DNA of 64,000 nucleotides from Coleofasciculus sp. B1-GNL1-01 (GTDB lineage: Bacteria; Cyanobacteriota; Cyanobacteriia; Cyanobacteriales; Coleofasciculaceae): NCBI GenBank assembly GCA_040220235.1, contig JAVJTO010000055.1; one strand, given 5' to 3'. Of this stretch, positions 32,371-43,466 are shown in pieces (position 1 is the stretch's first letter; every line of letters begins with the position of its first letter). The notes under the pieces are model-generated. The model was not told the origin of the DNA. It searched no databases and worked only from the letters and a program-made list of their open reading frames with translations. The position numbers were made by a program, and so were the translations under genes.

Positions 32371-32493
32371 ATAAAATATAGTGCTGCGGAGAGAAGTTAG
32401 AACATCAGTTGATCCCAAGAGGGAATAGAGAACAGGGAACGGTTGTATGTAGTGCGAGCGTCTCGCTCGCTATTTTGTCTTAGACAAAAACGG

Positions 32494-33051
32494 TTAATCC
32501 GACAACAGTTGCACCACAAACTCAGCTGCCGTCAGATAACGTCGCCATTCTCCCCCATTCTTAAGGGGTTGTATCCCCCACCCTGGACAGCTATCCGGCT
32601 TTTCCCATAACGTTAGATGCTCCACTGGGGGGTCAGCATAAAACCTACTATCACCACTTCCCAATAAGGCGGAACTCCAGTGGGTAAAATAATCGTGACT
32701 CAGCCGATGAATGGGAAACGTTCCATATAAGGGTACACCCCACCCATCCAACGCCACCAGCGCTTTCACGGTTCCCCCAAGCATCTGCCATCCCCATGCT
32801 GCACCAATCGCACCAACTACTCCTGCACTAAAACTGATAAAAGTAACAGAGGTGTTCATTAGAGTAAGATGACGCTGTAAATAGTTCAAAATATGAATCG
32901 CTGAATAAGCAGGATACTCGTGGCTGGGAAAAAGTAATAGTTGCTGAACACGCCCTACATTGCCAGAGTCACAGCGTTGTAACCCAGCTAAAAACTCTTG
33001 TGTCAACTGTGAATTGTGAATACCGGGACAAATGATAACTGCTTTGTGCAT
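32494..33051 (-). CDS. Conserved hypothetical protein, alpha/beta-hydrolase-like
   Basis: ICPGIH, FSAGVVGA, DGWGVPL and SHDYFTHWSS motifs. Confidence 0.7.
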   Translation of the reverse strand: MHKAVIICPGIHNSQLTQEFLAGLQRCDSGNVGRVQQLLLFPSHEYPAYSAIHILNYLQRHLTLMNTSVTFISFSAGVVGAIGAAWGWQMLGGTVKALVALDGWGVPLYGTFPIHRLSHDYFTHWSSALLGSGDSRFYADPPVEHLTLWEKPDSCPGWGIQPLKNGGEWRRYLTAAEFVVQLLSD

Positions 33052-33417
33052 GATAGTGACGTAGTTTTATTTCTGCCTTCTGGCACTAGGCACTAGCGTA
33101 AAATAAAATATTATTATTGGAAATCAATGTGCTAAATCACGTCTTTTTAGCATACAGTTTTAATACTGAACCACCGTCCTCCACAAATACTCCTCAGACA
33201 AGGTGGCTGTAAATACTAATCTATTACAATTTCCGTTGGTTTCTGATCCCCATGGGTTTCTGCTCAACGTTAGAGGCGATCCATCAATTATTTTGTTTAG
33301 ATAGTAAAATGGAGGATAACCAGAAAACTCTCTATAACTAGAGCTTTAACATAACTTTACATTAGTGTATTATTTCTGTGAAGACAAGCCATAGAGCTTG
33401 AAATGGACTAGACGAGT

Positions 33418-34506
33418 ATGCAACTATTTTCCTTGAAGGAGGGAAAAACAATGGGGCTTCTACCAATCAAGACGACAACGACCACTATTGCAACAACGGC
33501 TCTTCTGAGCTTGGGGGGACTGCCAGCGATGGCATTTACAATCACGCCAACGAGTAATACAGATTTACTTCTGTATTCTTTGTTAGGGGATACGACCGGA
33601 CTGACTAACTTTGCTCTAGAGCTAGATGATGACAATCCAGACACACAGAATACTAAAGCTTTTGGTCTGTTTAGCAATGATCCCTTCGGTCTGGATGAGG
33701 GCATCGTATTGAGTACGGGTAAAGTCGAAGATTTACCCGGAGAAAACGAGGAAGATGGAGGAATAGAATTTTTAGGGGGTGAACCTCCGAATGATTTAAG
33801 TACTGATTTCGAGCCTGTAGGTTCTGAAGAAAACCCTCAGGCAGGAGTACGAGGGGATAAGATGACCCTAGAACTCAGCTTCGACGCTGACGAGACAGCG
33901 GAAAAGCTATTTTTTGAGTACGTATTTGGCTCAGAAGAGTTTCGTGAGTTCGGAGGAGATCCTGAACAAGATGCTAAATTTAACGACTCTTTTGAGCTAC
34001 TATTAAATGGACAAAACTTGGCTCTGCTGACTGATGGGCAGGAAGTTACGATTAACAATCTGATTCCTAATCGTGAAGATTCTTCCTCCTATCATCCTGA
34101 TTATATCAATAATCCAAAAGGCTCCCCAGTCAATACTAAGCTGGATGGTTACACAGAAATCTTGACCTTTGAAGGTCTACTCAATAAAAATGCCAGAAAC
34201 ACTATCGAAATAAAAATCTGGGATGTGGCGGATGGTCAACTGGACTCTGCTGTCTTCGTCAAAGGCAAGTCCCTCGGCACAAAAGATCCCCAACTAAATA
34301 CTCAACCGAATGATGATCCGTCCGATGAACCCCAATCCCCCCCAGAAGACCCCGTAACCGATCCTGGAACTTTATTTCCCCCCGATGACCCAGAACCCCA
34401 GAGTGTGCCAGAACCATCCGGCTTACTCGGATTGCTGGGAGTGGCAACTTTAGGGGTTCGGACAATGATTAGACGCAAACAGAAAGCTCACTTACAAGAA
34501 CACTGA
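33418..34506 (+). CDS. PEP-CTERM surface protein (choice-of-anchor L-like domain)
   Basis: Signal peptide; GIVLSTG, YVFGSEE, FND.F, DG.T and DSAVF motifs; VPEPS + TM + RRK tail. Confidence 0.85.
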   Translation: MQLFSLKEGKTMGLLPIKTTTTTIATTALLSLGGLPAMAFTITPTSNTDLLLYSLLGDTTGLTNFALELDDDNPDTQNTKAFGLFSNDPFGLDEGIVLSTGKVEDLPGENEEDGGIEFLGGEPPNDLSTDFEPVGSEENPQAGVRGDKMTLELSFDADETAEKLFFEYVFGSEEFREFGGDPEQDAKFNDSFELLLNGQNLALLTDGQEVTINNLIPNREDSSSYHPDYINNPKGSPVNTKLDGYTEILTFEGLLNKNARNTIEIKIWDVADGQLDSAVFVKGKSLGTKDPQLNTQPNDDPSDEPQSPPEDPVTDPGTLFPPDDPEPQSVPEPSGLLGLLGVATLGVRTMIRRKQKAHLQEH

Positions 34507-34633
34507 ATGCGATTAGCTAGTTCCTCGCGGGCTACTGGGTTTGCGATACCCATAAGTGGTAATCTAGAGAGCGGTATTGTTAAGCTCTTAAGCTGTGACA
34601 ACTCCACAGACTGACTCGATGGAGCATACATAG

Positions 34634-36175
<1,542 letters not shown>

Positions 36176-36228
36176 TCCCTTCCGTGTTTCGAGTCATTAG
36201 TCATGAGGCTGTTCTAAGCTGATGACTA

Positions 36229-36452
36229 TTCACCAACCTTGCCCTAAAAGGGACAAGGATTGACGCCAGTTTGGACAATGTAAGCGGTGAATAGCTTTTT
36301 GAGCCTAGTTCTGGCACAGACTTCTGAATACTTCCCTAGTTCGGACTATCTCTAAGCCTAATTGGTTAGGCGTTGGGTAATGCCAAGACATCTTGGACTG
36401 GGTAGGCGAAGGGACTTATTACAGGGCGAGCTGGTTCCTGGGATTATCTCCA
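36229..36452 (+). ncRNA. Orphan IscB/IsrB-type omegaRNA (HEARO-like) scaffold without an ORF
   Basis: TTCACCAACCTTGCCCTAAAAGGGACAAGG end hairpin; CTATTCACC/GGTGAATAG long-range stem; CTTCTGAATACTTCCCTAGTTCGGA hairpin and distal GGCGAAGGGA; ends GGATTATCTCC with no following ATG/ORF. Recognised from memory of cyanobacterial iscB leaders. Confidence 0.75.
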
Positions 36453-36520
36453 TTTAAAAACCAGCATTTAATTGTAAAGCTGTCTGATCAAGACAGGGTT
36501 TGGGACTCAAAGGAGTTTCG

Positions 36521-36931
36521 ATGAGCTTAACTGTTCGAGTTGTTTCTCCCGACAAAATTGTCTGGGATTCTAATGCCGAAGAAGTGATTTTGCCCAGTAC
36601 GACGGGTCAACTGGGTATATTGACGGGTCACGCCCCCCTGTTGTCAGCACTGGACATTGGTGTAATGCGAGTTCGTCCGGGTAAAGACTGGATACCCATC
36701 GCCCTCATGGGCGGATTTGCCGAAGTTGAAAATGATGAAGTAACCATTCTCGTTAATGGGGCGGAACAAGGAGAGACGATTGACAAGGAAGCCGCACGAG
36801 AAGCTTTCTCTCAAGCCCAAGAGCGTCTCAACCAAGTCCAAACCAGTGAGAATCGGCAAGAAAAAATTCAAGCCACGCAAGCTTTAAAGAGAGCAAGAGC
36901 TCGCTTTCAAGCGGCGGGTGGTATGGTTTGA
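36521..36931 (+). CDS. atpC: ATP synthase F1 epsilon subunit
   Basis: [28 protein letters not shown] and KRARAR motifs; AAGGAG RBS. Confidence 0.97.
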   Translation: MSLTVRVVSPDKIVWDSNAEEVILPSTTGQLGILTGHAPLLSALDIGVMRVRPGKDWIPIALMGGFAEVENDEVTILVNGAEQGETIDKEAAREAFSQAQERLNQVQTSENRQEKIQATQALKRARARFQAAGGMV

Positions 36932-36958
36932 TGGGATAGAGCATTGCCCTTGAAACAT

Positions 36959-36999
36959 AAAGGAGCTATCCAGCTAACTAACGTCTGGATAGCTCCTTT
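36959..36999 (+). terminator. Terminator hairpin after atpC
   Basis: AAAGGAGCTATCCAG...CTGGATAGCTCCTTT 15-bp stem. Confidence 0.75.
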
Positions 37000-37192
37000 G
37001 TATAGGAGAAGGCAGCAGGAGTCAGGATGGGTAGAAGGAAAAAGTATCCCAGGGATAAAGGGGTTTGGGTCATCGGATTTGGTATTACTCGCTATTTTGT
37101 ATGGGTTTTTTTCCCCAGCTCCCCCAGCTCCCAGACGTGCCATGGCACGTCTCTACATTGCTCCCCCAGCTCCCCTAGCTCCGCTTCATCCC

Positions 37193-37492
37193 CTAGGCGC
37201 TACCTGTAAAGGTGACTTCTGGAAATTTTGCCTGAGCTTCATTCATGGGACGATTTTTACCTTCTTCTTGCCAGTAGTTAATCACTTCAGTGGCTTTGTT
37301 GAGCAACTCAACGCGATCCATTTCGCTAATCCAATGTTTGGCTTCCAGTTCGTTTTTGATTTGCTCCCAAGCATCGTTCCGGGGCCAGAAAAAGTAGGAT
37401 GTCAGCGGGCTAGTTCCTTTACCCACGACTTGATCGACGGCGAGTGCCACATTCTCTTCTAACCAGAGAACTTTTAAGATAAATTTAGACAA
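37193..37492 (-). CDS. ycf65: 30S ribosomal protein PSRP-3 (Ycf65)
   Basis: [36 protein letters not shown] start after GGAGG. Confidence 0.93.
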   Translation of the reverse strand: MSKFILKVLWLEENVALAVDQVVGKGTSPLTSYFFWPRNDAWEQIKNELEAKHWISEMDRVELLNKATEVINYWQEEGKNRPMNEAQAKFPEVTFTGSA

Positions 37493-37562
37493 ACAAACCT
37501 CCAACAATAGATCAGGTATCTTATACTTAATGTACAATCAATCATTCTACAGGATAGCAAAG

Positions 37563-37645
37563 GTGAAAGCCCTCGTGATTTATCCGGGGGATGAAACTGC
37601 ACGACTTAAGCAACTGAGTTAGTCGTGGGGGTATTTACATTGACA
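37563..37645 (+). mobile_element. Orphan IS200/IS605-like left end
   Basis: AAAGCCCTCGTGATTTATCCGGGGGATGAA hairpin, second hairpin CACGACTTA..TTAGTCGTG, then TTGACA. Same layout as 25911-26040. Confidence 0.55.
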
Positions 37646-38455
37646 ACTTTAAAAGCAAGAACAAAATCAGGGTCTAGACTAGCGATCGCCGTTTTCGATA
37701 TTGATGGTGTCATCCGGGATGTGAGTGGTTCTTACCGGAGAGCGATCGCGGATACAGTCGAGCATTTTACCGCCGGAGTGTATCGCCCGTCTTCTGTTGA
37801 GATTGACCACCTCAAATCCGAAGGCTTATGGAACAACGATTGGGAAGCCTCACGAGAGCTTATCTATCGCCACTTTGAGCAGCAAGGTCAGGCGCGATCG
37901 CAGGTTGCCCTAGATTATGATAACCTGATTGCCTTTTTTAATGCTCGCTACCGAGGCGCTGATCCAAATCATTGGACAGGATACATCTGTGATGAACCAT
38001 TACTCCTCAACCCCAACTATCTTGAATATCTAACCTCAGCCGATATTTTATGGGGCTTTTTTAGTGGGGCGACGCGAAATGAAGCACTTTACGCTCTTTC
38101 AAAACGTCTCGGTTTGCCAGCCCCCGTACTCGTGGCGATGGAAGATGCCCCCGGTAAACCTGATCCAACAGGATTATTAGCAGTAATTAACCAGCTTCAG
38201 CAACAGCACCACATTGAGCAACCATTGCCTACCATCTATGTGGGAGATACCGTGGCAGATATGTACACAGTTAAAGCAGCCCAAACTCTTCATCCAGACA
38301 GAACCTGGGTTGGTGTTGGTGTTCTCCCGCCCCATGTTCAGGAAACAGCAGAACGCCGTGAGGCTTATCAACAAACCTTAAAAAAAGCAGGGGCGGCTCA
38401 AGTTTTTGGCAATGTTGAGCAGATCACCCCAGAACAAATTCAGCAATTGGTGTGA
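37625..38455 (+). CDS. HAD-superfamily hydrolase (TIGR01548-like)
   Basis: FDIDGV, WNNDW, GKPDP and YVGDTVAD motifs. Start uncertain. Confidence 0.9.
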   Translation: MGVFTLTTLKARTKSGSRLAIAVFDIDGVIRDVSGSYRRAIADTVEHFTAGVYRPSSVEIDHLKSEGLWNNDWEASRELIYRHFEQQGQARSQVALDYDNLIAFFNARYRGADPNHWTGYICDEPLLLNPNYLEYLTSADILWGFFSGATRNEALYALSKRLGLPAPVLVAMEDAPGKPDPTGLLAVINQLQQQHHIEQPLPTIYVGDTVADMYTVKAAQTLHPDRTWVGVGVLPPHVQETAERREAYQQTLKKAGAAQVFGNVEQITPEQIQQLV

Positions 38456-38472
38456 ACTACCACGCTTCAAGT

Positions 38473-38593
38473 TATAGCACTACGAGGATATGTTAGGACA
38501 TCAGTTAGTCCAAGAGGGAACAGGGAACAGGGAACAGGGAACAGGGAACAGGGAACAGTAAAGAATGTCCTAACCTGTCTTAGTACCGCTATA
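38473..38593. mobile_element. MITE containing (GGGAACA)x6
   Basis: Imperfect TIRs TATAGCACTA..GTTAGGACA / TGTCCTAAC..TAGTACCGCTATA; heptamers at 38516-38557; related left half at about 32379-32440. Confidence 0.75.
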
Positions 38594-38707
38594 CTTGTCA
38601 TCCCATCAGGAGATTTTCCCCACACCCTCCATTTTCCACCCAATCTCCTTGGACAAAGGAAAACCGTAAGCTATATTAGTATTGCTATCTTAGTATTAGC
38701 AATTTAG

Positions 38708-38899
38708 ATGCCAAAAATAGCATGGTGTATCCACATAAAAGCAATGAATTTAGACTATGATACTGCCGTGATTATGCTAGCCATCACGTTTCCTTTAGTG
38801 ATGACTTGGTTGCTAGTTAGTGGTGAATTAGAACTTTGGGCTTATTTAGGTATATATGGTATCTGTTTGTGGGGACTAGGAGCTTTAAAAAAAGAATAG
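38708..38899 (+). CDS. Small hydrophobic hypothetical protein
   Basis: 63-aa ORF with two possible TM helices. Confidence 0.4.
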   Translation: MPKIAWCIHIKAMNLDYDTAVIMLAITFPLVMTWLLVSGELELWAYLGIYGICLWGLGALKKE

Positions 38900-39209
38900 T
38901 GATAACGGAGTCATTTTTCAGCGTTAGTCTGACAAAAAAGGTGTGATAAGTAGTCGGACAAAAGAAAACCGTACTGTATTAACTTTTGCAAGTAGCCCTA
39001 AAACCCTCTCTCCGTCTACTTTCACGCCAACCTTACCTATCAAATCAAAAGCATGACAGCTTGCTGAAGGGCGTAATTTTATCATCCCCTAAAAACGCTG
39101 AAATCCTCATCAAAAGGGACGTTTACGCCCCCGAAGCCGTACCAGACTAAATTAGAGCAGAGTAAAATATTAACTAGAGTTAATTGTTCCAAAAGGGCTA
39201 AACACAACT

Positions 39210-40397
39210 ATGGACTTTCGCCTCAAGACACTCTTACCTGACTACGAAAAAGCCTTCTTGACCTGTAGCTTACAAAAAGAACAAGAATCCGAAGTTCAGC
39301 AAATTGTTGAGCGCATGAAGGATCTGCGACAACACTATGAAACCGTTGAACAAGCGACAGGCATTCCATGGTGGTTTGCAGCGGTTCTTCACTACAGTGA
39401 GTGGAACCTCCGCGAACCTGACTTATTTGTGAAAAAAGTGACAGAAATTTTATTGGCTAAGGAGTTCCATAAAGCCCGAACTCGCACCCTCGGTGCTTAT
39501 CTGTGGGGGTTTGACTTGTGGAATGGATTTAGACATGGAGTTGGAGATCAATCCGAGTGGGTTTGGGGGGGTACCACTGTTCTGAAGCATCCATCAACCA
39601 CCATTGGAGCAGCGGCGATTGTTTACTATCTCCAATCCCAAAAAATCATTGATATCCCTAAACCAGGAACAGGCATTAAAATCAAGGTCTTATCCGATAC
39701 AGTATTTAAAGCGCGACCGGATCAATCATTTCGACTCAAACCCGAAGAAAAAATCACGGTAAAAGGGGGGACTCACCTAGAAATTATTGAGGATGATCCC
39801 TCTGAGGGAGGACACGTCAAAGTCCTTTTACCGGATGGGGTTTTGTTAGGGCAGAATAATCAGAGTGATTGGTATGTTTTCAAAGAACATATCGAAATTC
39901 AAGGAACTGAACCGAATAATCGTCCCAGCGATAAAGCAGAAGAACCCGAAACTAAGATTGCTTCACCCAATAAAGGACGTCCCATCACCGTACCCAAATT
40001 AGGAACAGTCTATCTAGGCAATCCAATTCTCGAAGGTGGACACTTTAGTTGGGCGGAAGCGACAATGAATGGCTCAAGGATTCCGGTGAATAATGAAGTG
40101 GTTGAGGGGATTTTGAGAGTGGCTCATGTGATGGAAGAAGTGAGAGAATATTTGGGCGCTCGTCCGATTACTATAAATTCTTGGTATCGTGATCCAGTAA
40201 CTAATCGTAAAGTCGGAGGGGCAACAAAATCCAGGCATTTAGTGGGTGATGCGGTGGATTTTGTGGTTCAAGGAATCTCCCCACCCCAAGTTAATCAGCG
40301 CCTAGAATCCTGGTGGGGAAATCGGGGTGGATTAGCCAGTGCTAGCTCTTTTACCCATATTGATGTGAGAGGATATCGCGCTCGGTGGCGCTACTGA
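39210..40397 (+). CDS. Peptidase M15A (D-Ala-D-Ala carboxypeptidase family) with a lysozyme-like N-terminal domain
   Basis: C-terminal SWYRDP..N..VGGA..SRH..G.AVD...HID.RG; N-terminal GIPWWF...H motif. Confidence 0.85.
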   Translation: MDFRLKTLLPDYEKAFLTCSLQKEQESEVQQIVERMKDLRQHYETVEQATGIPWWFAAVLHYSEWNLREPDLFVKKVTEILLAKEFHKARTRTLGAYLWGFDLWNGFRHGVGDQSEWVWGGTTVLKHPSTTIGAAAIVYYLQSQKIIDIPKPGTGIKIKVLSDTVFKARPDQSFRLKPEEKITVKGGTHLEIIEDDPSEGGHVKVLLPDGVLLGQNNQSDWYVFKEHIEIQGTEPNNRPSDKAEEPETKIASPNKGRPITVPKLGTVYLGNPILEGGHFSWAEATMNGSRIPVNNEVVEGILRVAHVMEEVREYLGARPITINSWYRDPVTNRKVGGATKSRHLVGDAVDFVVQGISPPQVNQRLESWWGNRGGLASASSFTHIDVRGYRARWRY

Positions 40398-40557
40398 GTT
40401 TGATCTAATGCGTATTTTGGGTTTATTGTTCAGTGTTGATTGTTCATTGACTCACATCTTGCACTATTCTCAATCAGCCTATGCCGTGGCACACCTAATT
40501 GGGTAGATTAGCTATAAACTCAAAAAACATAAGAAATTAGGGGCTAAAGCCTTTACT

Positions 40558-40678
40558 ACTGGCGTGGCACAGTTAAAATTGTGGAATAGATTTGACCATT
40601 GAATCGGGCGCAAGTCTTTGCGCCCCTACGGTTTCCGGGCGTAATTCTAATTCATCAAATAAGCTGTGCCACGGCACT
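40558..40678. mobile_element. MITE with internal REP
   Basis: Ends GGCGTGGCACAG / CTGTGCCACGGC; internal GGGCGCAAGTCTTTGCGCCCCTAC; an extra end copy at about 40481. Confidence 0.7.
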
Positions 40679-40720
40679 ACTGGACTATTAGGTTTTTGAG
40701 CCTCTTGAAGAATTTCATGC

Positions 40721-41308
40721 TTACACCCTACACCCTGACTCCAGAATCTGACGGATTTGTGCCGTTTGCTGGCTATAGTCGGTATCATCAACAACGGGTA
40801 CAGCACCCTCTAGAGAAATGGGTTCAGCTATATTAATCCAAGAACGACAGCCGCCGTATTCAGAACGATAGGGTATACGTTGAACCGAGGGAAGCTTGTA
40901 GATTCGTAGTAGGAGAACATACAACGGTTGACGTGGCTTCCATTTAAAACGCCCACTGGCAAATTGTTCATTCCAGATGTGGTAGGGTAACAGGGCGTCT
41001 ACTGCGGCTTGAGTGCTGATTTGAAAAATATCGGTAATGGTTGCCCAACTGCCAATCCGTACCGTTTGCGGATGCCAACCTGAGGTGACGGGTGTTACCT
41101 GAGAGGCATAATCGGGTTTGAGTAAATGAGGCTGTTGATGTTCGTAGGTAGGATAAAGTAAAACCGGATTGTAAGTGACGTGGAAGCGATTGTTTTCTTC
41201 CCGAATGCCGCCTTTACGCAGTAGCATAATCGTCTTACCCTGTTCTAAGGCATCAACGGCAACAGCCCATTCTTTGAGTGCGTTTGTAGTTGTCAATGGC
41301 ATCATCAA
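40721..41308 (-). CDS. DUF1802 family protein
   Basis: ALKEWA, LRKGGIRE, LYPTYEHQ and YGGCRSW motifs. Confidence 0.88.
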   Translation of the reverse strand: MMMPLTTTNALKEWAVAVDALEQGKTIMLLRKGGIREENNRFHVTYNPVLLYPTYEHQQPHLLKPDYASQVTPVTSGWHPQTVRIGSWATITDIFQISTQAAVDALLPYHIWNEQFASGRFKWKPRQPLYVLLLRIYKLPSVQRIPYRSEYGGCRSWINIAEPISLEGAVPVVDDTDYSQQTAQIRQILESGCRV

Positions 41309-41370
41309 GGATTAAAACTAATTTTTTAAATAGATTGTCTTATCTTGATTCATAATTCATAATTTAGATT

Positions 41371-42255
41371 ATGTCCAGTCAGATTGTTCGTAAAGCCGTA
41401 ATTCCCGCCGCCGGATTTGGTACTCGCTTGTTTCCAGCCACAAAGGTGGTGAAAAAAGAACTATTTCCAATTATCGATCGCGATGGGCGGACGAAGCCAG
41501 TAATTTTGGCGATTGTGGAGGAAGCAAGGCGCGGTGGTATCGAAGAAATCGGGATTGTGGTACAACCGAGCGATCGCGCCATTTTTGAGGCGTTCTTTAA
41601 AACTCCACCGAAACAGGCACTTTTGGATAAACTCTCTGATGCAAATCAGGACTATTGTCAGTATCTGCAAGAGTTAGGAGAGCGGATTACTATCTTAACC
41701 CAGGATGAGCAAGAAGGCTATGGTCATGCGGTGTTCTGTGCCAAGGATTGGGTGAATCAAGAGCCTTTTTTACTGTTACTTGGCGATCATGTTTATACTT
41801 CCGATACCGAAATTCCTTGTTCTCGTCAGGTGCTAGAAATTTATGAAAAAACGGATCAAAGTGTGATTGGTTTGACAGAAATGTCTGCCGAGATTATCCA
41901 TAAAGCGGGTTGTGTGACTGGGGTTTGGCAGAAGATGAATTCTATTTTAACGGTGACACAAGTCTGTGAAAAACCGGATCTTGACTATGCGCGATCGCAC
42001 TTGCGTGTTGAAGGGATGGCGGAGGATAGGTTTTTAGGGATTTTTGGTATGTATGTCCTCAAGCCGAAAATCTTTGAGATGCTGGCTGAAAGTATTAACC
42101 AGAATCAGCGCTATAAGGGGGAATTTCAGTTAACCACTTGTCTGGATACATTACGCCAAGAGGAGGGATTGATGGGATATTGGGTCAAAGGACAATATTT
42201 TGATACCGGAATGCCAGAGTTTTATCGACAAAGCCTGATAGATTTTAGCGGCTGA
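41371..42255 (+). CDS. Sugar-phosphate nucleotidyltransferase (GalU-like)
   Basis: KAVIPAAGFGTRLFPATK..KKE, QEGYGHAV, LLLGD and EFQLT motifs. Confidence 0.88.
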   Translation: MSSQIVRKAVIPAAGFGTRLFPATKVVKKELFPIIDRDGRTKPVILAIVEEARRGGIEEIGIVVQPSDRAIFEAFFKTPPKQALLDKLSDANQDYCQYLQELGERITILTQDEQEGYGHAVFCAKDWVNQEPFLLLLGDHVYTSDTEIPCSRQVLEIYEKTDQSVIGLTEMSAEIIHKAGCVTGVWQKMNSILTVTQVCEKPDLDYARSHLRVEGMAEDRFLGIFGMYVLKPKIFEMLAESINQNQRYKGEFQLTTCLDTLRQEEGLMGYWVKGQYFDTGMPEFYRQSLIDFSG

Positions 42256-42327
42256 ATTGACACTCCAGCATTCCATGTCATCTGGAATTGACATGCACTC
42301 CAACTTATTTCCTGCCATTCTAAACCC

Positions 42328-42987
42328 ATGACGACGCTCAATGCCAAAAACTTAACTTTAGATGATGTTCATCAGCTTTTTAATTTTCACAAACAGTACA
42401 GTACCTCATTTGAATCATTATTATCTCTCGAACCTGTAACCGAGTTTGAACAGCAGCAAGTTGAGCAAACTCGCCATGAATTTGACAATCATCTTACCTC
42501 AGCCACTGCTTCAGAAGGTCAGGTTAAATTGGTTGCGGTTAGTCCTCTGTTACGATTAGCTGGGTTCTATCGCTATCCTTTACAAATTGCTGTTGAAGAA
42601 GGAATTTCCCGGATTACCATTACGGCTGAAGACACCCTAATCACAGGTCGATTTGATATCCTGGCAATTAATAAAGCTCGACAGCCCAGAGATCATGTCC
42701 CGTTTTGGGTCTTAGTTATTGAATCAAAAAATAGCGCGGTTTCTCCATCAACAGGCTTACCCCAATTGCTGACGTATGCTTATAAAAGCTTAGAGTCTCA
42801 AGAGTCAGTCTGGGGTTTAGTCACGAATGGAGAACTGTATCGGTTTGTCTATATCCAGACAGGGAATTCGCCAACCTATCAGTTGCTGCCATTCCTAAGT
42901 TTAACGGATGCTGAATCGTCTATGAAGTTGCTTCAAGTTCTAAAGGCTATTTGCCAATTACAACAGATAAAGCTATCGCCAGAGTAG
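42328..42987 (+). CDS. Restriction-endonuclease-fold protein (HsdR N-terminal-like, cyanobacterial family)
   Basis: GRFDIL, VIESK, PQLLTY and GLVTNG motifs (PD-(D/E)xK). Confidence 0.75.
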   Translation: MTTLNAKNLTLDDVHQLFNFHKQYSTSFESLLSLEPVTEFEQQQVEQTRHEFDNHLTSATASEGQVKLVAVSPLLRLAGFYRYPLQIAVEEGISRITITAEDTLITGRFDILAINKARQPRDHVPFWVLVIESKNSAVSPSTGLPQLLTYAYKSLESQESVWGLVTNGELYRFVYIQTGNSPTYQLLPFLSLTDAESSMKLLQVLKAICQLQQIKLSPE

Positions 42988-43155
42988 AAGCTGATAGGGT
43001 TGCTATTTTAGGAGTAGATTCCTTTGAGGTAAAATAGCCTTGGTAAAATGGCAAAAACGACCCAAATCATCCAGGCATTTGTGATACTCAATGACTGTAT
43101 CCGCAGGTGATCGGGTTCAGGTTAGAAAATCGGATATCGGGACAGGAAATCTAAT

Positions 43156-43390
43156 GTAGGGGCGGGTTTAGGGACAAAATTAACGGAGTCACCAATCACC
43201 TTTCTCCAAAACCCGCCCTGCCCAAATCTTTTACCCCGACATTTTTGAGGTGCGATCGCGGTTAGTAATCTGGTGGGTTTTGTTGTTCCGTTAATGGTGG
43301 GGAGGGCGGGTTTTGTTGTTCCGTTAGTGGTGAATATCTGAATTTAGCCCCTAAACCCGCCCCTACAGATTCCCTAAACCCGCCCCTACA
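43156..43390. repeat. Paired GTAGGGGCGGGTTT...AAACCCGCCCCTAC REP doublets
   Basis: Same family at 45442-45502, 47346-47405, 51411-51543 and 52616-52775. Confidence 0.85.
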
Positions 43391-43466
43391 GTTGATCAGT
43401 AGTCGGACTATGTATGATTGATAAACGTTAGCCTAAAAAATATCTATCCTCTCCAGTGGAATCTTT

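Noticed and set aside
36944..37462. 172-aa + strand ORF
   Set aside because: It is antisense to ycf65 and runs through a terminator and REP repeats, so it is a shadow ORF.
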